Below, piece by piece: positions 1 to 8,900 of a stretch of 24,000 nucleotides of DNA. The notes beneath the pieces are model-generated. The model had not been told where the DNA came from, searched no databases, and worked only from the letters and a program-made list of their open reading frames with translations. The stretch lies in contig CAXXNN010000004.1 of assembly GCA_963667915.2 (NCBI GenBank), positions 1,856,241 to 1,880,240 on the forward strand, written 5' to 3'. A program made the translations under genes and the position numbers. Source of the DNA: Vicinamibacterales bacterium (GTDB lineage Bacteria > Acidobacteriota > Vicinamibacteria > Vicinamibacterales > UBA823). The stretch's first letter is position 1. Every line of letters starts with the position of its first letter.

Positions 1-1365
1 CTGCTGCCACCCGAGGCGGTGAACAACATGCAGTTGACGCTCGACCCGTCGGTGGTGCTCTTCACCCTGGCGATTTCGGTCGTGACCGGCCTGCTCTTCG
101 GCATTTTTCCGGCGCTCCATAGCACCCGCGCAGACCTGATGTCGACGCTCAAGGACCAGGCGGGCCAGCCGGCGGGCGCCCGCGCGGCCGCCAGGTTCCG
201 AAACGGCTTGGTCACGGCGCAGTTCGCGCTGTCGACGATGTTGCTCGTCGCGGCCGGGCTCTTCATCCAGAGCCTGAACAACGTGACCCGCCTCGATCTG
301 GGCATCCGGACGGAGGGCGTCGCGACGTTTCGCCTGGCGCCGGTGCTCAACGGTTACGCGGACGCGCAGATGCAGGCCCTGTACGAGCGTGTCGAAGCCG
401 AATTGGCGGCGCAGCCGGGCGTGACCGATGTGTCGGCCGCGTCGGTCGCGGTGTTCGCCGGCAGCAGCTGGGGCAACAACGTCATGGTCGAGGGGTTCGA
501 GGCGGGCCCGGACACGAACCGCAACTCCCGATTCAACCGGGTCGGCCCCGGCTACTACCGCACCCTGGGGATCCCGGTGCTGGCGGGACGGGAGTTCACC
601 GCGTCGGACGTCCGGGAATCGCCGCAGGTCGTCATCGTCAACGAAGCGTTCGCCCGCAAGTTCAATCTCGGCCGTGAACCGGTCGGCAAGCGGATGGGGC
701 GTGGCGGCCTCGACGCCGAACTGGACATGGAGATCGTCGGGCTCGTCAAGGACGCCAAGTACAACGACGTGAAGAACCCCGAGCCGCCGCTGTTCGCCGT
801 GCCCTACCGCCAGGAAGAGTCTGTCGGGAGCCTCACCTTCTACGCGCGCACCACGCTGCCGCCCGACACCCTGCTGCGGTCGATCCCCACCCTGATGGCT
901 CGGCTGGACCCCGATCTGCCGGTCAACAACCTCAAGACGCTGCCGCAGCAGGTGCGCGAGAACGTGTTTCTCGACCGGATGATCTCCACTCTGTCGGCGG
1001 CCTTTGCCCTGCTCGCGACGCTCCTGGCGGCGGTCGGCCTGTACGGCGTGCTCGCCTACACGGTCGCGCAGCGCACACGCGAGATCGGCCTGCGCATGGC
1101 GCTCGGGGCCGACCCGGCGCGCCTCCGGGCCATGGTGCTCGGCCAGGTCGGACGGATGACCCTGATGGGCGGCGCGGTGGGCCTGGTCGGGGCGCTCGGG
1201 CTCGAGCGCGTCGCGCGGTCGCTGCTCTTCGAGATCGACGGGACCCCGCCCGGCATCATCGTCGCGGCGTTGCTGGCGCTGGGCGCCGTGGCCCTGTCCG
1301 CCGGTTTCATCCCGGCCCATCGGGCGTCGCGGATCAACCCGATGACCGCCCTCCGGTACAAGTAG
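1..1365 (+). CDS. ABC transporter permease, FtsX/MacB-like (ADOP-type), C-terminal part; 5' end outside window
   Basis: Frame 1 is open from base 1 (ORF track 19..1365). A periplasmic-type domain is followed by a C-terminal multi-TM FtsX-like domain. The tail ...HRASRINPMTALRYK is typical of MacB/ADOP permeases. Confidence 0.75.
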   Translation: MLPPEAVNNMQLTLDPSVVLFTLAISVVTGLLFGIFPALHSTRADLMSTLKDQAGQPAGARAAARFRNGLVTAQFALSTMLLVAAGLFIQSLNNVTRLDLGIRTEGVATFRLAPVLNGYADAQMQALYERVEAELAAQPGVTDVSAASVAVFAGSSWGNNVMVEGFEAGPDTNRNSRFNRVGPGYYRTLGIPVLAGREFTASDVRESPQVVIVNEAFARKFNLGREPVGKRMGRGGLDAELDMEIVGLVKDAKYNDVKNPEPPLFAVPYRQEESVGSLTFYARTTLPPDTLLRSIPTLMARLDPDLPVNNLKTLPQQVRENVFLDRMISTLSAAFALLATLLAAVGLYGVLAYTVAQRTREIGLRMALGADPARLRAMVLGQVGRMTLMGGAVGLVGALGLERVARSLLFEIDGTPPGIIVAALLALGAVALSAGFIPAHRASRINPMTALRYK

Positions 1366-1380
1366 CCGCCCTGGGCTGGC

Positions 1381-3006
1381 TCAGGGCTGCGGCGTGTCGG
1401 TGCCCGCCCGCCGGACGCCCTCCGGCAAGCCCTTTCGCGGCAGCCGCTCGTCGCGCATCGCGGTGTTGTATGCGAAAGTCGCCACCACGACCGCCATCTG
1501 GACGAGGGCGTCTCGCTGCAGGCGATCGTAGAAGTCCATGTTCGAATGGTGGGTGCGCGAGTTGTACTCCAACCGGTCCTGCATGAACTGGAAGGCCGGG
1601 ATGCCGGCATTGTCGAACGACGCGTAGTCGGAGCCCCGAACCGACCGCGCCGCGATGGTGTCGACGCCGAGATCGCGCAGCGGGCCGAACCACTGGCGGA
1701 AGATCGGCTCCACCGCCATGTTGCCCTGCAGCCAGACGCCGTGGATGCGGCCCGTCCCGTTGTCGATGTTGTAGTAGGCGGACAGCCGCCCGTGCTCCGG
1801 CATGGTCGCGCCGGTGTCCGGATCCACCAGGTGCGCGTTCACGTAGGCTCGGGATCCCAGCAGACCCACTTCTTCGCCGCCCCAGAGCGCGACGCGGATC
1901 GTCCGGCGCGGTCGGGCCCCGATCGCGTTCAGGATCCGCAGCACCTCCATCATCACGGCCGCACCGGCGGCGTTGTCGGTCGCGCCGGTCGCCCACGAGT
2001 AGCTGTCGAGATGCGCGCCGAGCAGCACGACCTCGTCCGCGAGGTCGGTGCCCGGGATCTCGGCCAGCAGGCTGAACCCGCTGTCGTCCGACGCGTCGTG
2101 GAACTGCACCTCGACATTCAGCTCCATCGTCACCGGCACGCCCTTGTCGAGGAGCCGGACCATCCGGTTGTAGTGCTCGACCGCGAGCGTGATCGTCGGC
2201 ACGCCGGACCCGGCGGGCAAGTCGCGCCGCGCGTGGCTGACGAAGACCGTGCCGCCGTCGGCGCGCTGCGTCATCCAGGACATCTGGTTGTCACCCCGCC
2301 CGAAGTTGGCGTCCCGGCCGCGATCCAGTTCCGCGACGACGCCTTCGGCGACGAAGAAGTCCAGGATCTGGGCCTGCAGGCTGGGCGGGCTCGACCGCCC
2401 GCGCCGCGGCTCGGCGTGCAGGAAGGCATCCCGCTCGGTAAACGGCGTCATCTCGGACTCGCGCTTCATCGCCTCGGTCCACCGCCCCACGAGCGTGCCC
2501 TCGAGCATCTCGACCTCGCGCTCGGGCTGGGTCAGGACGATCTTCCCGTCGAGCTGGCCGCGATACCGTTCGAGGTCGGCCTCGGACTGAATGTCGACCC
2601 GCACGACGTCGGCCGTGACCGTGCCGTCCGTCCCCGTCGACCAGGTTTTCGGGAAGCCGACGATCGGCTGGATCTGCGGCTCGATCAGGTGGGCCGAGAA
2701 ACGGACGAGCGTCCATCCCGCGGCGGAGGGAAACGTCTCGCGATGGATGTTCGAGACGCCCCACTCCTCGAATCGCTCGGCGACCCAGTCGGCGGCCTCG
2801 GAGAGGGCGGGCGTGGCGGTGAACCGCGGTCCGTAGACGTCGGTGAGCCAGAAGGCGTGGTCCATGACCTGGGAACGAGCGAGTCCCTCGTCCTTGATCT
2901 TGGTCAGCATGGGATAGTCGAGCGGCGTGTCCACCTGCTGGGATGCGGCCACGCCGCCCATGGCCAGGACGAGCCCGACGATGACGGTGAGTCTCCGATG
3001 ATTCAC
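1381..3006 (-). CDS. M28-family metallo-aminopeptidase with signal peptide
   Basis: 541-aa ORF. The N-terminal signal/TM is MNHRRLTVIVGLVLAMGGVAASQQ. M28 zinc-ligand blocks are LLGAHLDS, GATDNAAGAA, ALWGGEEVGLLGS and RTHHSNMD. A GGAGG-type RBS (revcomp of 3009-3016) lies just upstream of the ATG. Confidence 0.8.
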   Translation of the reverse strand: MNHRRLTVIVGLVLAMGGVAASQQVDTPLDYPMLTKIKDEGLARSQVMDHAFWLTDVYGPRFTATPALSEAADWVAERFEEWGVSNIHRETFPSAAGWTLVRFSAHLIEPQIQPIVGFPKTWSTGTDGTVTADVVRVDIQSEADLERYRGQLDGKIVLTQPEREVEMLEGTLVGRWTEAMKRESEMTPFTERDAFLHAEPRRGRSSPPSLQAQILDFFVAEGVVAELDRGRDANFGRGDNQMSWMTQRADGGTVFVSHARRDLPAGSGVPTITLAVEHYNRMVRLLDKGVPVTMELNVEVQFHDASDDSGFSLLAEIPGTDLADEVVLLGAHLDSYSWATGATDNAAGAAVMMEVLRILNAIGARPRRTIRVALWGGEEVGLLGSRAYVNAHLVDPDTGATMPEHGRLSAYYNIDNGTGRIHGVWLQGNMAVEPIFRQWFGPLRDLGVDTIAARSVRGSDYASFDNAGIPAFQFMQDRLEYNSRTHHSNMDFYDRLQRDALVQMAVVVATFAYNTAMRDERLPRKGLPEGVRRAGTDTPQP

Positions 3007-3038
3007 TGGCTTCCTCCCCTATTCCTGCACCTGCCCGT

Positions 3039-3737
3039 TCACGGGTACTCGGTACAGAGTGGATACAGCGGCGGCTCATCCTCCTCGACCAAAGGGAACC
3101 GACGGACCGGCTCGATGAAGTAGTTGTCGGTCTCATCGTCGTTCAGCGACGAGACCTCGCCGGCGAGCACCGTCCCGCCCACGGCCTGGAACTGATGGGC
3201 CAACCGCGGCGGGAGCGTGATGCTCTCCCCGGGCGAGAGCTCGACCCGGCCTCGGGCCGGCACCGTGCGGCGCACGCCATCGACCGAGACCTCCACGCCG
3301 TCCTCGGTCAATTGACCATCGGCGTCGGCCCGGCACAGCTCGATGACCAGCCGTCCGCCGCCGCGGTTGATGATGTCCTCCATCTTGACCACGTGGTAGT
3401 GCCAGGGTGCGACCTGCGCGTTGCCGACGACCATCACCTTCTCGGCGTACGTCTTCACGGGCCGGAGCATCGTCGAGGGCGATCCACCGCTGTCAGCCGC
3501 GTCGGCCGCACGGCCGTTCCGCAGGGTGAACAATAGCAGGCCGCACCGCTCGAAGTCGCCGCAGCCGAAGTCCGTCAGGTCCCAACCGAGGCGGCACCGC
3601 CTGATCTCGTCTGCCTCCGAGCCCTTCTCTCTCCAGGCCGCCGGGCTCCAGTAGGCGAAAGGAGGCAGGGGGAATCGGTGGGCGTTGAAGAGGTCGATGG
3701 CGGCGCGGATGTGGAAATTGATGGTCGAGCGTTTCAT
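3039..3737 (-). CDS. D-lyxose/D-mannose ketol-isomerase-like cupin
   Basis: 232-aa ORF colinear with the D-lyxose isomerase family as I recall it. Matching blocks are MKRS.IN, LPPFA, LGWD.TDFG, LFTLRNG, YAEK.M, EDIINRGGG.L.IEL, LSPGESI.LPP, GEVSS.NDD..DN.F and EDEP. Confidence 0.8.
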   Translation of the reverse strand: MKRSTINFHIRAAIDLFNAHRFPLPPFAYWSPAAWREKGSEADEIRRCRLGWDLTDFGCGDFERCGLLLFTLRNGRAADAADSGGSPSTMLRPVKTYAEKVMVVGNAQVAPWHYHVVKMEDIINRGGGRLVIELCRADADGQLTEDGVEVSVDGVRRTVPARGRVELSPGESITLPPRLAHQFQAVGGTVLAGEVSSLNDDETDNYFIEPVRRFPLVEEDEPPLYPLCTEYP

Positions 3738-3762
3738 GGTCCGCGCCGTCCCAGGGTGCCCC

Positions 3763-6427
3763 CTACCGTCCCGTCGCCACCCGCGCCTGGAGTTCGGAGA
3801 ACCAATTGAGGACGACCGTGATCGAAACGTCGGCTCCGGTCGCGGGCGCGATCAACGCGAACCGCTGGCCATCCGCCGACGGCTGGTAGGTGAAGCGTGA
3901 GGTGTAGCTGTCGGACAGCACGCCGCTGAACAACGGCTTCGGCGTGGGGACGTACTCGAACGACGCCGCGGCCGGCCCCTCGCGGGCGAGGTTCGCGCCA
4001 ACGTCCACTGCCGTGAGCGTGCCGTCAGCCGCCCGGTAAAACAGTTCCCGTCCGTCCCGTCGCCACCGCGGCATACTGCCGCCATCGGTCGAGATTTGCC
4101 ACAGCGACCCGGTCGCCGGTATTGACTTGACGTACACCTGCTGGTCGCCCTGCGCGTCCGACACATAGGCCATCCAGCGGCCATCGGGAGAGACCTGGGC
4201 GTAGGTCTCCAGAGCTGGCGTCTCAAGGTAAGGTACGGGCGCGCGGTCTCCCTCCAGTGGTAGAAGCTGAAGGTCACCCAGGTGCTCGTAGACGAGATAA
4301 CTCCCGTCGGGCGCCCAGTCCCAGACACCTATCCAACCCGCGTCCGAACTCGACAGGGTCTGCTCGGCGCCGGACATGTCGGTCGGTTTCCGGCGGATGT
4401 CGTAGCTGGCGAGACCGGCGAGACCGGACGTACTGTACGCCACCCAGCCTCCGTCGGGTGCCCACACGGGATGCTCCCAGCCAGGCCGAGGGCCGAACGT
4501 GAACCTCGATGGAGCCCCCCCCGAAAGGGCCTGCAACCAGACATCGAGGTTGTCGGAGTCTTCAAAAATCGAGATCGCGGCGTTCTGCTGGTCCGGCGAG
4601 ACGGAAAAGTTCCAGATTCCGGTGAGGCCGGTCAAGTCGTCCAGTCGTTCGCCGGTACGGTTGAACCAAGCCAACCCCGTGCTCATCCACATGTCGGGTG
4701 CATAGGCCAGGCTGCCACCGGCTGAGACCGAGAACAGGCCAGAACCGGTGTTCTGCCCAAGCCCAACGCCCTCGACGACTGGAAACGAGGCACCGACGGT
4801 TTCTAGCGAGCCGGTATCGAATGACTGCGCCATCAGGACGTTGCTCCGACGGAACAACACGTATCCGTTCTCGCCGCGGACCGACGACCCGGCGTAGATC
4901 GCCTGATCACCGCCGTCGAGCACGCGCACCGGTGGCGTCCCGTCGAGCGAGCCGACATAGACGCCTTCGATGTCGGCGACGCTGGTGAGGTGCAGGTACA
5001 GAAACCGCTCACCGTCCGGCAGGAAGTGCGGGTAGCGGTGCGCGTCGGCGCCGCCCGCCGCCGAAAGCGTGGTCACGGCCCGGACGTCGCCTCCGCTCAG
5101 GGCGACGGCAAACAGCCCTTGCTCGCCAGCGCCCGGACTGAACACGATCGTCCCGTTCGAGCTCCACGTTCCACCTCTCCCCACGGCGGCGGCCGTCAGC
5201 GTCCGTACCAGTCCACCCGTGCGGTCGATCATCTTCAGCTGCCCGTCGGCGAAGAAGCCGAGCGACGCGCTGTCCGGGGACCAAAACGGGTAGGTCGCGC
5301 CGTTCGTGCCATCGAGCGGCGCGGCCTCTAGCGAGTCGAACGATCGCACCCACACCTGGTTGTCGAGCACGAGCGCCAGATGACGCCCATCGGGCGACAG
5401 CGCGACGGCGACTGTAAAGGAGCCAGCCGGGGGTGCCTCCTGGAAGCGCGTAATCTCGGTGGGCAGAGCGGTCTCGCCGAAGTGCTGCACGGACACCGCG
5501 ATCGCGGCTATCGCGGCGACGGCCGCGAGCAGCCACGGCAGTCTCGACCCCGGCCCCGCCGACGCGGTGTCGCGCCCGGCCGCCGGAGCGCTCTCCAGCA
5601 AAGCCCACACGTCGCCGATATCCCGCAGGCGCTGCTTCGGGTTCTTCTGCAGGCACGTGTCGAGGAGCCGCCGCACCTCGGGCGGCGCTTCACCGAGATC
5701 GGGCTGCTCCTTGACGACCGACGCCAGTGTCTCGGTCAGATCGTCGCCGGTAAACAGCTTGTTCCCGGTCAGCATCTCGAACAGGACGACCCCGAACGCC
5801 CAGATGTCGGCGCGCTTGTCCACCTGCTTTCCGCGGGCCTGCTCCGGACTCATATACGCCGCCGTCCCCATGATGACGCCCATCTTCGTCGCGGCGGCGG
5901 TCATGGTCATCGTCGGCGAGTTGGCCGCGTCGAGGTCGGACAGGTCTGGTTGGAGCGCCTTGGCCAGCCCGAAGTCCAGCACCTTCACGGTGCCGTCGTC
6001 CTTCACCTTCACGTTGGCCGGTTTCAGGTCGCGGTGGATGATGCCCTGCTCGTGGGCGGCTTCCAGCGCCTCGGCGATCTGCCGGGCGATGGGGAGGGCT
6101 TCGTCGAGGGGGATCGGGCCTTTGGCGATGCGGTCCTGCAGCGTCGGGCCGGGGACGTATTCAAGAACGAGGGCGGGGGAGTCGCCCGACTCTTCCAGCC
6201 CGTGGATCTGTGCGATGTTCGGGTGGTTGAGCGAGGCCAGCACCTTCGCTTCGCGCTGGAAGCGGGCCAGCCGCTCGGGGTCGTTCACGAAGGCGTCGGG
6301 CAGGATCTTCAGCGCGACATCGCGGTCGAGCTTGGTGTCGCGGGCCTTGTAACTCGCCCATGCCGCCCGCGCCGATGGCGGAGAGGACTTCGTAGACGCC
6401 GAGCGTGGTGCCAATTTCCAGAGGCAT
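3763..6427 (-). pseudogene. Ser/Thr protein kinase - TM - TolB/PD40-like beta-propeller (paralog K1), apparent 2-nt frameshift near the 5' end
   Basis: The 891-aa ORF (3763..6438) carries VALKIL, HRDLKPANV, DFGLAK and AYMSPE, then a TM helix (LPWLLAAVAAIAAIAVSV) and repeated SPDG/APDG propeller motifs. The real N-terminus MPLEIGTTLGVYEVLSAIGAGGMGE is in another frame (ORF 6161..6427). Compared with the paralog at 11675, the sequence here is 'cttgtaactcgccc' versus 'cttgtagacctcgccc', so 2 nt are missing at 6351/6352. This could be a true pseudogene or a consensus error. Confidence 0.8.
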
Positions 6428-6502
6428 TGTGGAAACACCGGATTATAGCGGAGGCAGGGGTGGGACCTGTAGTGGACATCACTAAGACAATTTCCGATCG
6501 TC

Positions 6503-6817
6503 TCAGGATGCCCGTCGTGCCTGGCGCTGAAGGGCGCGATGCAGATCCCAGTCAGCCTGGAGCCGCATCCAGAACTGCGGCGACGTCTTGAACAGTCGGG
6601 CCAGCCGCAAGGATGTGTCGGCCGTGATGCCGCGCTTCCCGAGGACGATCTCGTTCAAACGGTTGAGGGAGATCCCCAGCTTGCGTGCCGCTTCGGTCTG
6701 GCCGAGCCCGAGGGGTTTCAGAAATTCCTCCAGGAGCATCTCGCCAGGCGAGATCGCCGGCCCCAACCAGCTCGGATCCCTAGTGATAGTCTTCGACGCG
6801 GACTTCGTGTGCATCAC
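6503..6817 (-). CDS. higA: HigA-family antitoxin (XRE HTH)
   Basis: The sequence SPGEMLLEEFLKPLGLGQTEAARKLGISLNRLNEIVLGKRGITADTSLRLARLFKTSPQFWMRLQADWDL is a textbook HigA. The ATG at 6817 overlaps higB by 38 nt. An alternative TTG start at 6766 would remove the overlap, so the start is uncertain. Confidence 0.88.
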   Translation of the reverse strand: MMHTKSASKTITRDPSWLGPAISPGEMLLEEFLKPLGLGQTEAARKLGISLNRLNEIVLGKRGITADTSLRLARLFKTSPQFWMRLQADWDLHRALQRQARRAS

Positions 6818-7070
6818 CCTGCTCCCATCGGAACGTGACCCGGTACTGGTCGTTGATTCGGATGCTGTGGCGGCCTGCCTGCCGACCTTTCAGACGTTCC
6901 AGGCGGTTGCCCGCCGGAATCGTCAGATCGTTCAGACGCAACGCGACATCCAGCGCCTTGAGCTTCCGCTGAACGCTGCGCCACAGCTCCCGAGGAACGT
7001 GGCGCGCATGACGCGTGTTCCGCTCGCGAAAGAGATCAACAGTCGTCTCGTCGGCAAAGGACTGAATCAC
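6780..7070 (-). CDS. higB: HigB-type toxin (RelE/ParE superfamily, plasmid maintenance system killer)
   Basis: 96-aa ORF with a GTG start. MIQSF...LKALDVALRLNDLTIPAGNRLERLKGRQAGRHSIRINDQYRVTFRWEQGDAHEVRVEDYH matches the HigB consensus (...NrLEkLkGdr.G.ySIRINdqwRi.FrWe.g.a..V.i.DYH). It lies upstream of higA, as expected for higBA. Confidence 0.88.
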   Translation of the reverse strand: MIQSFADETTVDLFRERNTRHARHVPRELWRSVQRKLKALDVALRLNDLTIPAGNRLERLKGRQAGRHSIRINDQYRVTFRWEQGDAHEVRVEDYH

Positions 7071-7086
7071 GAGCCGTCATACATGT

Positions 7087-7103
7087 TACACGAGTAGCGT
7101 GTA
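7087..7103. promoter_or_regulatory. Inverted repeat tacacg-N5-cgtgta upstream of higB (candidate HigA operator)
   Basis: A perfect 6-bp inverted repeat separated by 5 nt, in the 44-nt AT-richer gap between the higB start (7070) and the tRNA remnant (7115). The function is inferred from its position only. Confidence 0.35.
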
Positions 7104-7114
7104 GAATACAAGGT

Positions 7115-7172
7115 TGGCGGAGGGATAGGGATTCGAACCCTAGAGCGAGTTTCCCCGCTAACGGTTTTCAAG
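7115..7172 (-). other. tRNA-Ser(UGA) 3'-half remnant (anticodon loop to CCA); putative att-site scar
   Basis: The minus strand reads CTTGAAAACCG-TTAGCGGGGAAACTCGCTC-TAGGGTTCGAATCCCTA-TCCCTCCGCCA. It aligns to the 3' 58 nt of the intact tRNA at 12214-12303, with compensatory changes in the variable-arm and T stems. No D-arm or 5' acceptor strand lies upstream of it. Confidence 0.8.
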
Positions 7173-7313
7173 GGCGCTCACTGTCCAACCCGTGATCGTC
7201 ACTTTTCCGCCTAGTTCTCTAGATCGTGAAACTTAGCGACGGTCCTGGAAACACGAGGAGTGCTCCCAGACACGAGGAGTGCAGTCCTGATGGGGACAAT
7301 TTCGGGGACAGTC

Positions 7314-7358
7314 CTACCGTCCCGGCGGCACCCGCGCCTGGAGTTCGGAGAACCAGGA
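7314..7358 (-). pseudogene. 3'-terminal remnant (last ~15 codons plus stop) of a third kinase/propeller paralog
   Basis: 7313-7355 matches 3762-3804 (the K1 stop region) at 41 of 43 nt. It encodes WFSELQARVPPGR* versus K1 WFSELQARVATGR*. Homology stops abruptly at 7355/7356, where the IS110 element begins. Confidence 0.75.
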
Positions 7359-7375
7359 TCGAAAGTCATCTCCAC

Positions 7376-8659
7376 TCATGCGGGCGTCCCTAGGGGAGTG
7401 GGGATCAGCTCGACCCGATACCCCAGGCGGCGCAATTCGCGGGCCATCTTGAGGGCGCGGCGTTGCGTGCGCAGCCGGCTGACCGCCGGGCCGCGTTCTT
7501 CGTAGCGCACGGCCTGGTGCAGAATCTTCCAAATCAGGCGACACAGCCGATGCGCAATGGCCCCGATGGCTTGCGCGTGGCCCAGGCGCGGCACCAACCG
7601 GCGATACACCAGGAGGAAGATACTCCCCTTGGTCTTGACCGCCGCGTTCGCCGCTTGATGGAGGAGGCGGCGCATCTGCCGGTTGCCGCTCGGGGAGCGG
7701 TGGCTGGCGTTCACGCCCGCACTCTCCTCCGCTCCGGGGCACGTGCCCACCCAGGAGGCGAGTTGCTTGGGCGAGGGGAACGTCGCCGCCGTCGGCCCGA
7801 CCTCGGCGATGATCTGCTGCGCCGAATCGACCCCCAGCCCCGGCACTTCGGCCAACCGCTGCACGGCCTCCTGGTGCGGCCGGATCAGCCCGGCCATCTC
7901 CTGATCGAGCTGCCGGATCTGCGCCTCGATCAAGCGCACGTCCTCGAGGGCCATGCCGATGAGCCGGCGATAGACGGGGTTGAGCGCCGTCGCCGCCCCG
8001 AGCGCATCGCTCAACTGCTCGGGGGTCGCGCGCAGCCGCTGGTCGGCCAGCGCCGCCAGCGCCGCCGGGTCCGTGTCCCCGTCCGCCAGCGCCTGCAGCA
8101 TCCGCCGCGCACTGGCCCCCAGCAGATCCGAGACCAGGCTCGACAGCTTCAGATGCGCTTCTTCCAGCAGGGCCTCTAACCGGTTGTGGACCTGGACGCG
8201 GTTGCGCGTCAGCTGATACTTGCGGCGCATCACCGTCCGCCACAACCGCTGCTCGGCGTCCGGCACAAAGCTCAGCGTCAGCTCCTGCGCCACCAACCGC
8301 TTCACCAGGCGTTCGGCATCCACGAAATCTCGCTTCCGCCCACGGCGCCCCCGATTCGACAGCGCTTGCGCCAAGTGCAGCGTGCCCGCCATCGGACTCG
8401 CGCCGTCCCGCGTGCGGCGGGCGGGCAGCCAGTCGCGTTCGAGCACCTCCCACACCGGGCGCCAATACTGTGCCGTCGATTCCATCACCACTTCCTCGAC
8501 CGCCTCCGCCCCCAGCCACGCGGCCAACTCGCGAAGTTCGCGCGGGCTGGTACCCACGCGCCGGTGGACAAACTGATACGCCCCGTCGACCGCGATGTCC
8601 GCAACCACCACCGCCAACATCCGCTTGTGCACGTCAATGCCCGCAATCCGATACGTCAT
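7376..8659 (-). CDS. IS110-family transposase/recombinase (DEDD N-domain plus C-terminal Ser domain)
   Basis: 427-aa ORF. It starts MTYRIAGIDVHKRMLAVVV... (the IS110 signature GIDvhK). The C-terminal block is ...LAEVPGLGVDSAQQIIAEVG...ASWVGTCPGAEESAG...GNRQMRRLLHQAANAAVK. The RBS gaggagag lies 4 nt upstream of the ATG. Confidence 0.92.
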   Translation of the reverse strand: MTYRIAGIDVHKRMLAVVVADIAVDGAYQFVHRRVGTSPRELRELAAWLGAEAVEEVVMESTAQYWRPVWEVLERDWLPARRTRDGASPMAGTLHLAQALSNRGRRGRKRDFVDAERLVKRLVAQELTLSFVPDAEQRLWRTVMRRKYQLTRNRVQVHNRLEALLEEAHLKLSSLVSDLLGASARRMLQALADGDTDPAALAALADQRLRATPEQLSDALGAATALNPVYRRLIGMALEDVRLIEAQIRQLDQEMAGLIRPHQEAVQRLAEVPGLGVDSAQQIIAEVGPTAATFPSPKQLASWVGTCPGAEESAGVNASHRSPSGNRQMRRLLHQAANAAVKTKGSIFLLVYRRLVPRLGHAQAIGAIAHRLCRLIWKILHQAVRYEERGPAVSRLRTQRRALKMARELRRLGYRVELIPTPLGTPA

Positions 8660-8900
8660 CCGTCTCTCCTCACGGCCGGAGCGGAGCGCGTGCCACAGGC
8701 TTCACTATTCAGGATCTCAGGCTCGCGCCGTAGCTCGCACTACGGCGACGCCTAGTTATTCGCTCAATCACGCACACGCCGGATCAGCCAGTTCTGCGGT
8801 CTCGAGGGCCCCAATGGTTCGTCGACCTCACCGCTCCGAGCCCGCCCTAGTCTGCCAAACCCGGCCCTGATTTTCCTCAACTTTCGCGAGCTGCCGGCGA
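8660..8900 (-). ncRNA. Candidate IS110 bridge-type non-coding RNA region (hypothesis)
   Basis: A long non-coding stretch 5' of the IS110 recombinase with no credible ORF. It contains a perfect 8-bp stem cgccgtag/ctacggcg (8726-8747) and further GC-rich pairings. The call rests on family knowledge, not on a covariance-model hit. Confidence 0.3.

Larger units (their letters stand above)
7356..8900 (-). mobile_element. IS110-family insertion sequence (boundary at 7356 well supported; upstream boundary unresolved, somewhere in 8700-8939)
   Basis: It contains the IS110-type transposase. No terminal inverted repeats are visible, as usual for this family. Only about 20 nt lie downstream of the transposase stop, and up to about 280 nt of non-coding DNA lie upstream of its start. 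Confidence 0.8.

Noticed and set aside
1366-1390. A hairpin gccctg-N8-cagggc between the convergent permease and peptidase genes, as a possible terminator.
   Set aside because: It has only a 6-bp stem with an 8-nt loop, overlaps the peptidase stop codon and has no U-tract. It is not distinguishable from background GC-rich self-complementarity.
1546-3123. A 525-aa plus-strand ORF overlapping the M28 peptidase. Similar long shadows occur at 5380..6591, 9420..10376, 12324..13343, 15331..16143, 21712..22959 and 22879..23862.
   Set aside because: All are antisense or out of frame relative to confidently identified genes. None has recognisable motifs, and all have R/G/P/A-dominated composition.
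6340-6360. Programmed ribosomal frameshifting as an explanation for the K1 and K2 frame breaks (also at 11395-11402).
   Set aside because: - There is no slippery heptamer or downstream structure.
- Alignment with the paralog shows simple 2-nt and 1-nt losses.
- The two genes break at different places.
7314-8519. A 401-aa minus-strand ORF overlapping the IS110 transposase in another frame.
   Set aside because: It is a shadow frame. Its only meaningful part is the last 15 codons, which are the kinase-paralog stump and are annotated separately.
8815-8820. A 6-nt match: gaacca in the IS110 upstream RNA is complementary to the tggttc flank at the other end of the element. It extends to about 12 of 16 positions with mismatches.
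   Set aside because: It is too short and too mismatched to distinguish from chance in GC-rich DNA. It would only become meaningful with a defined bridge-RNA structure.
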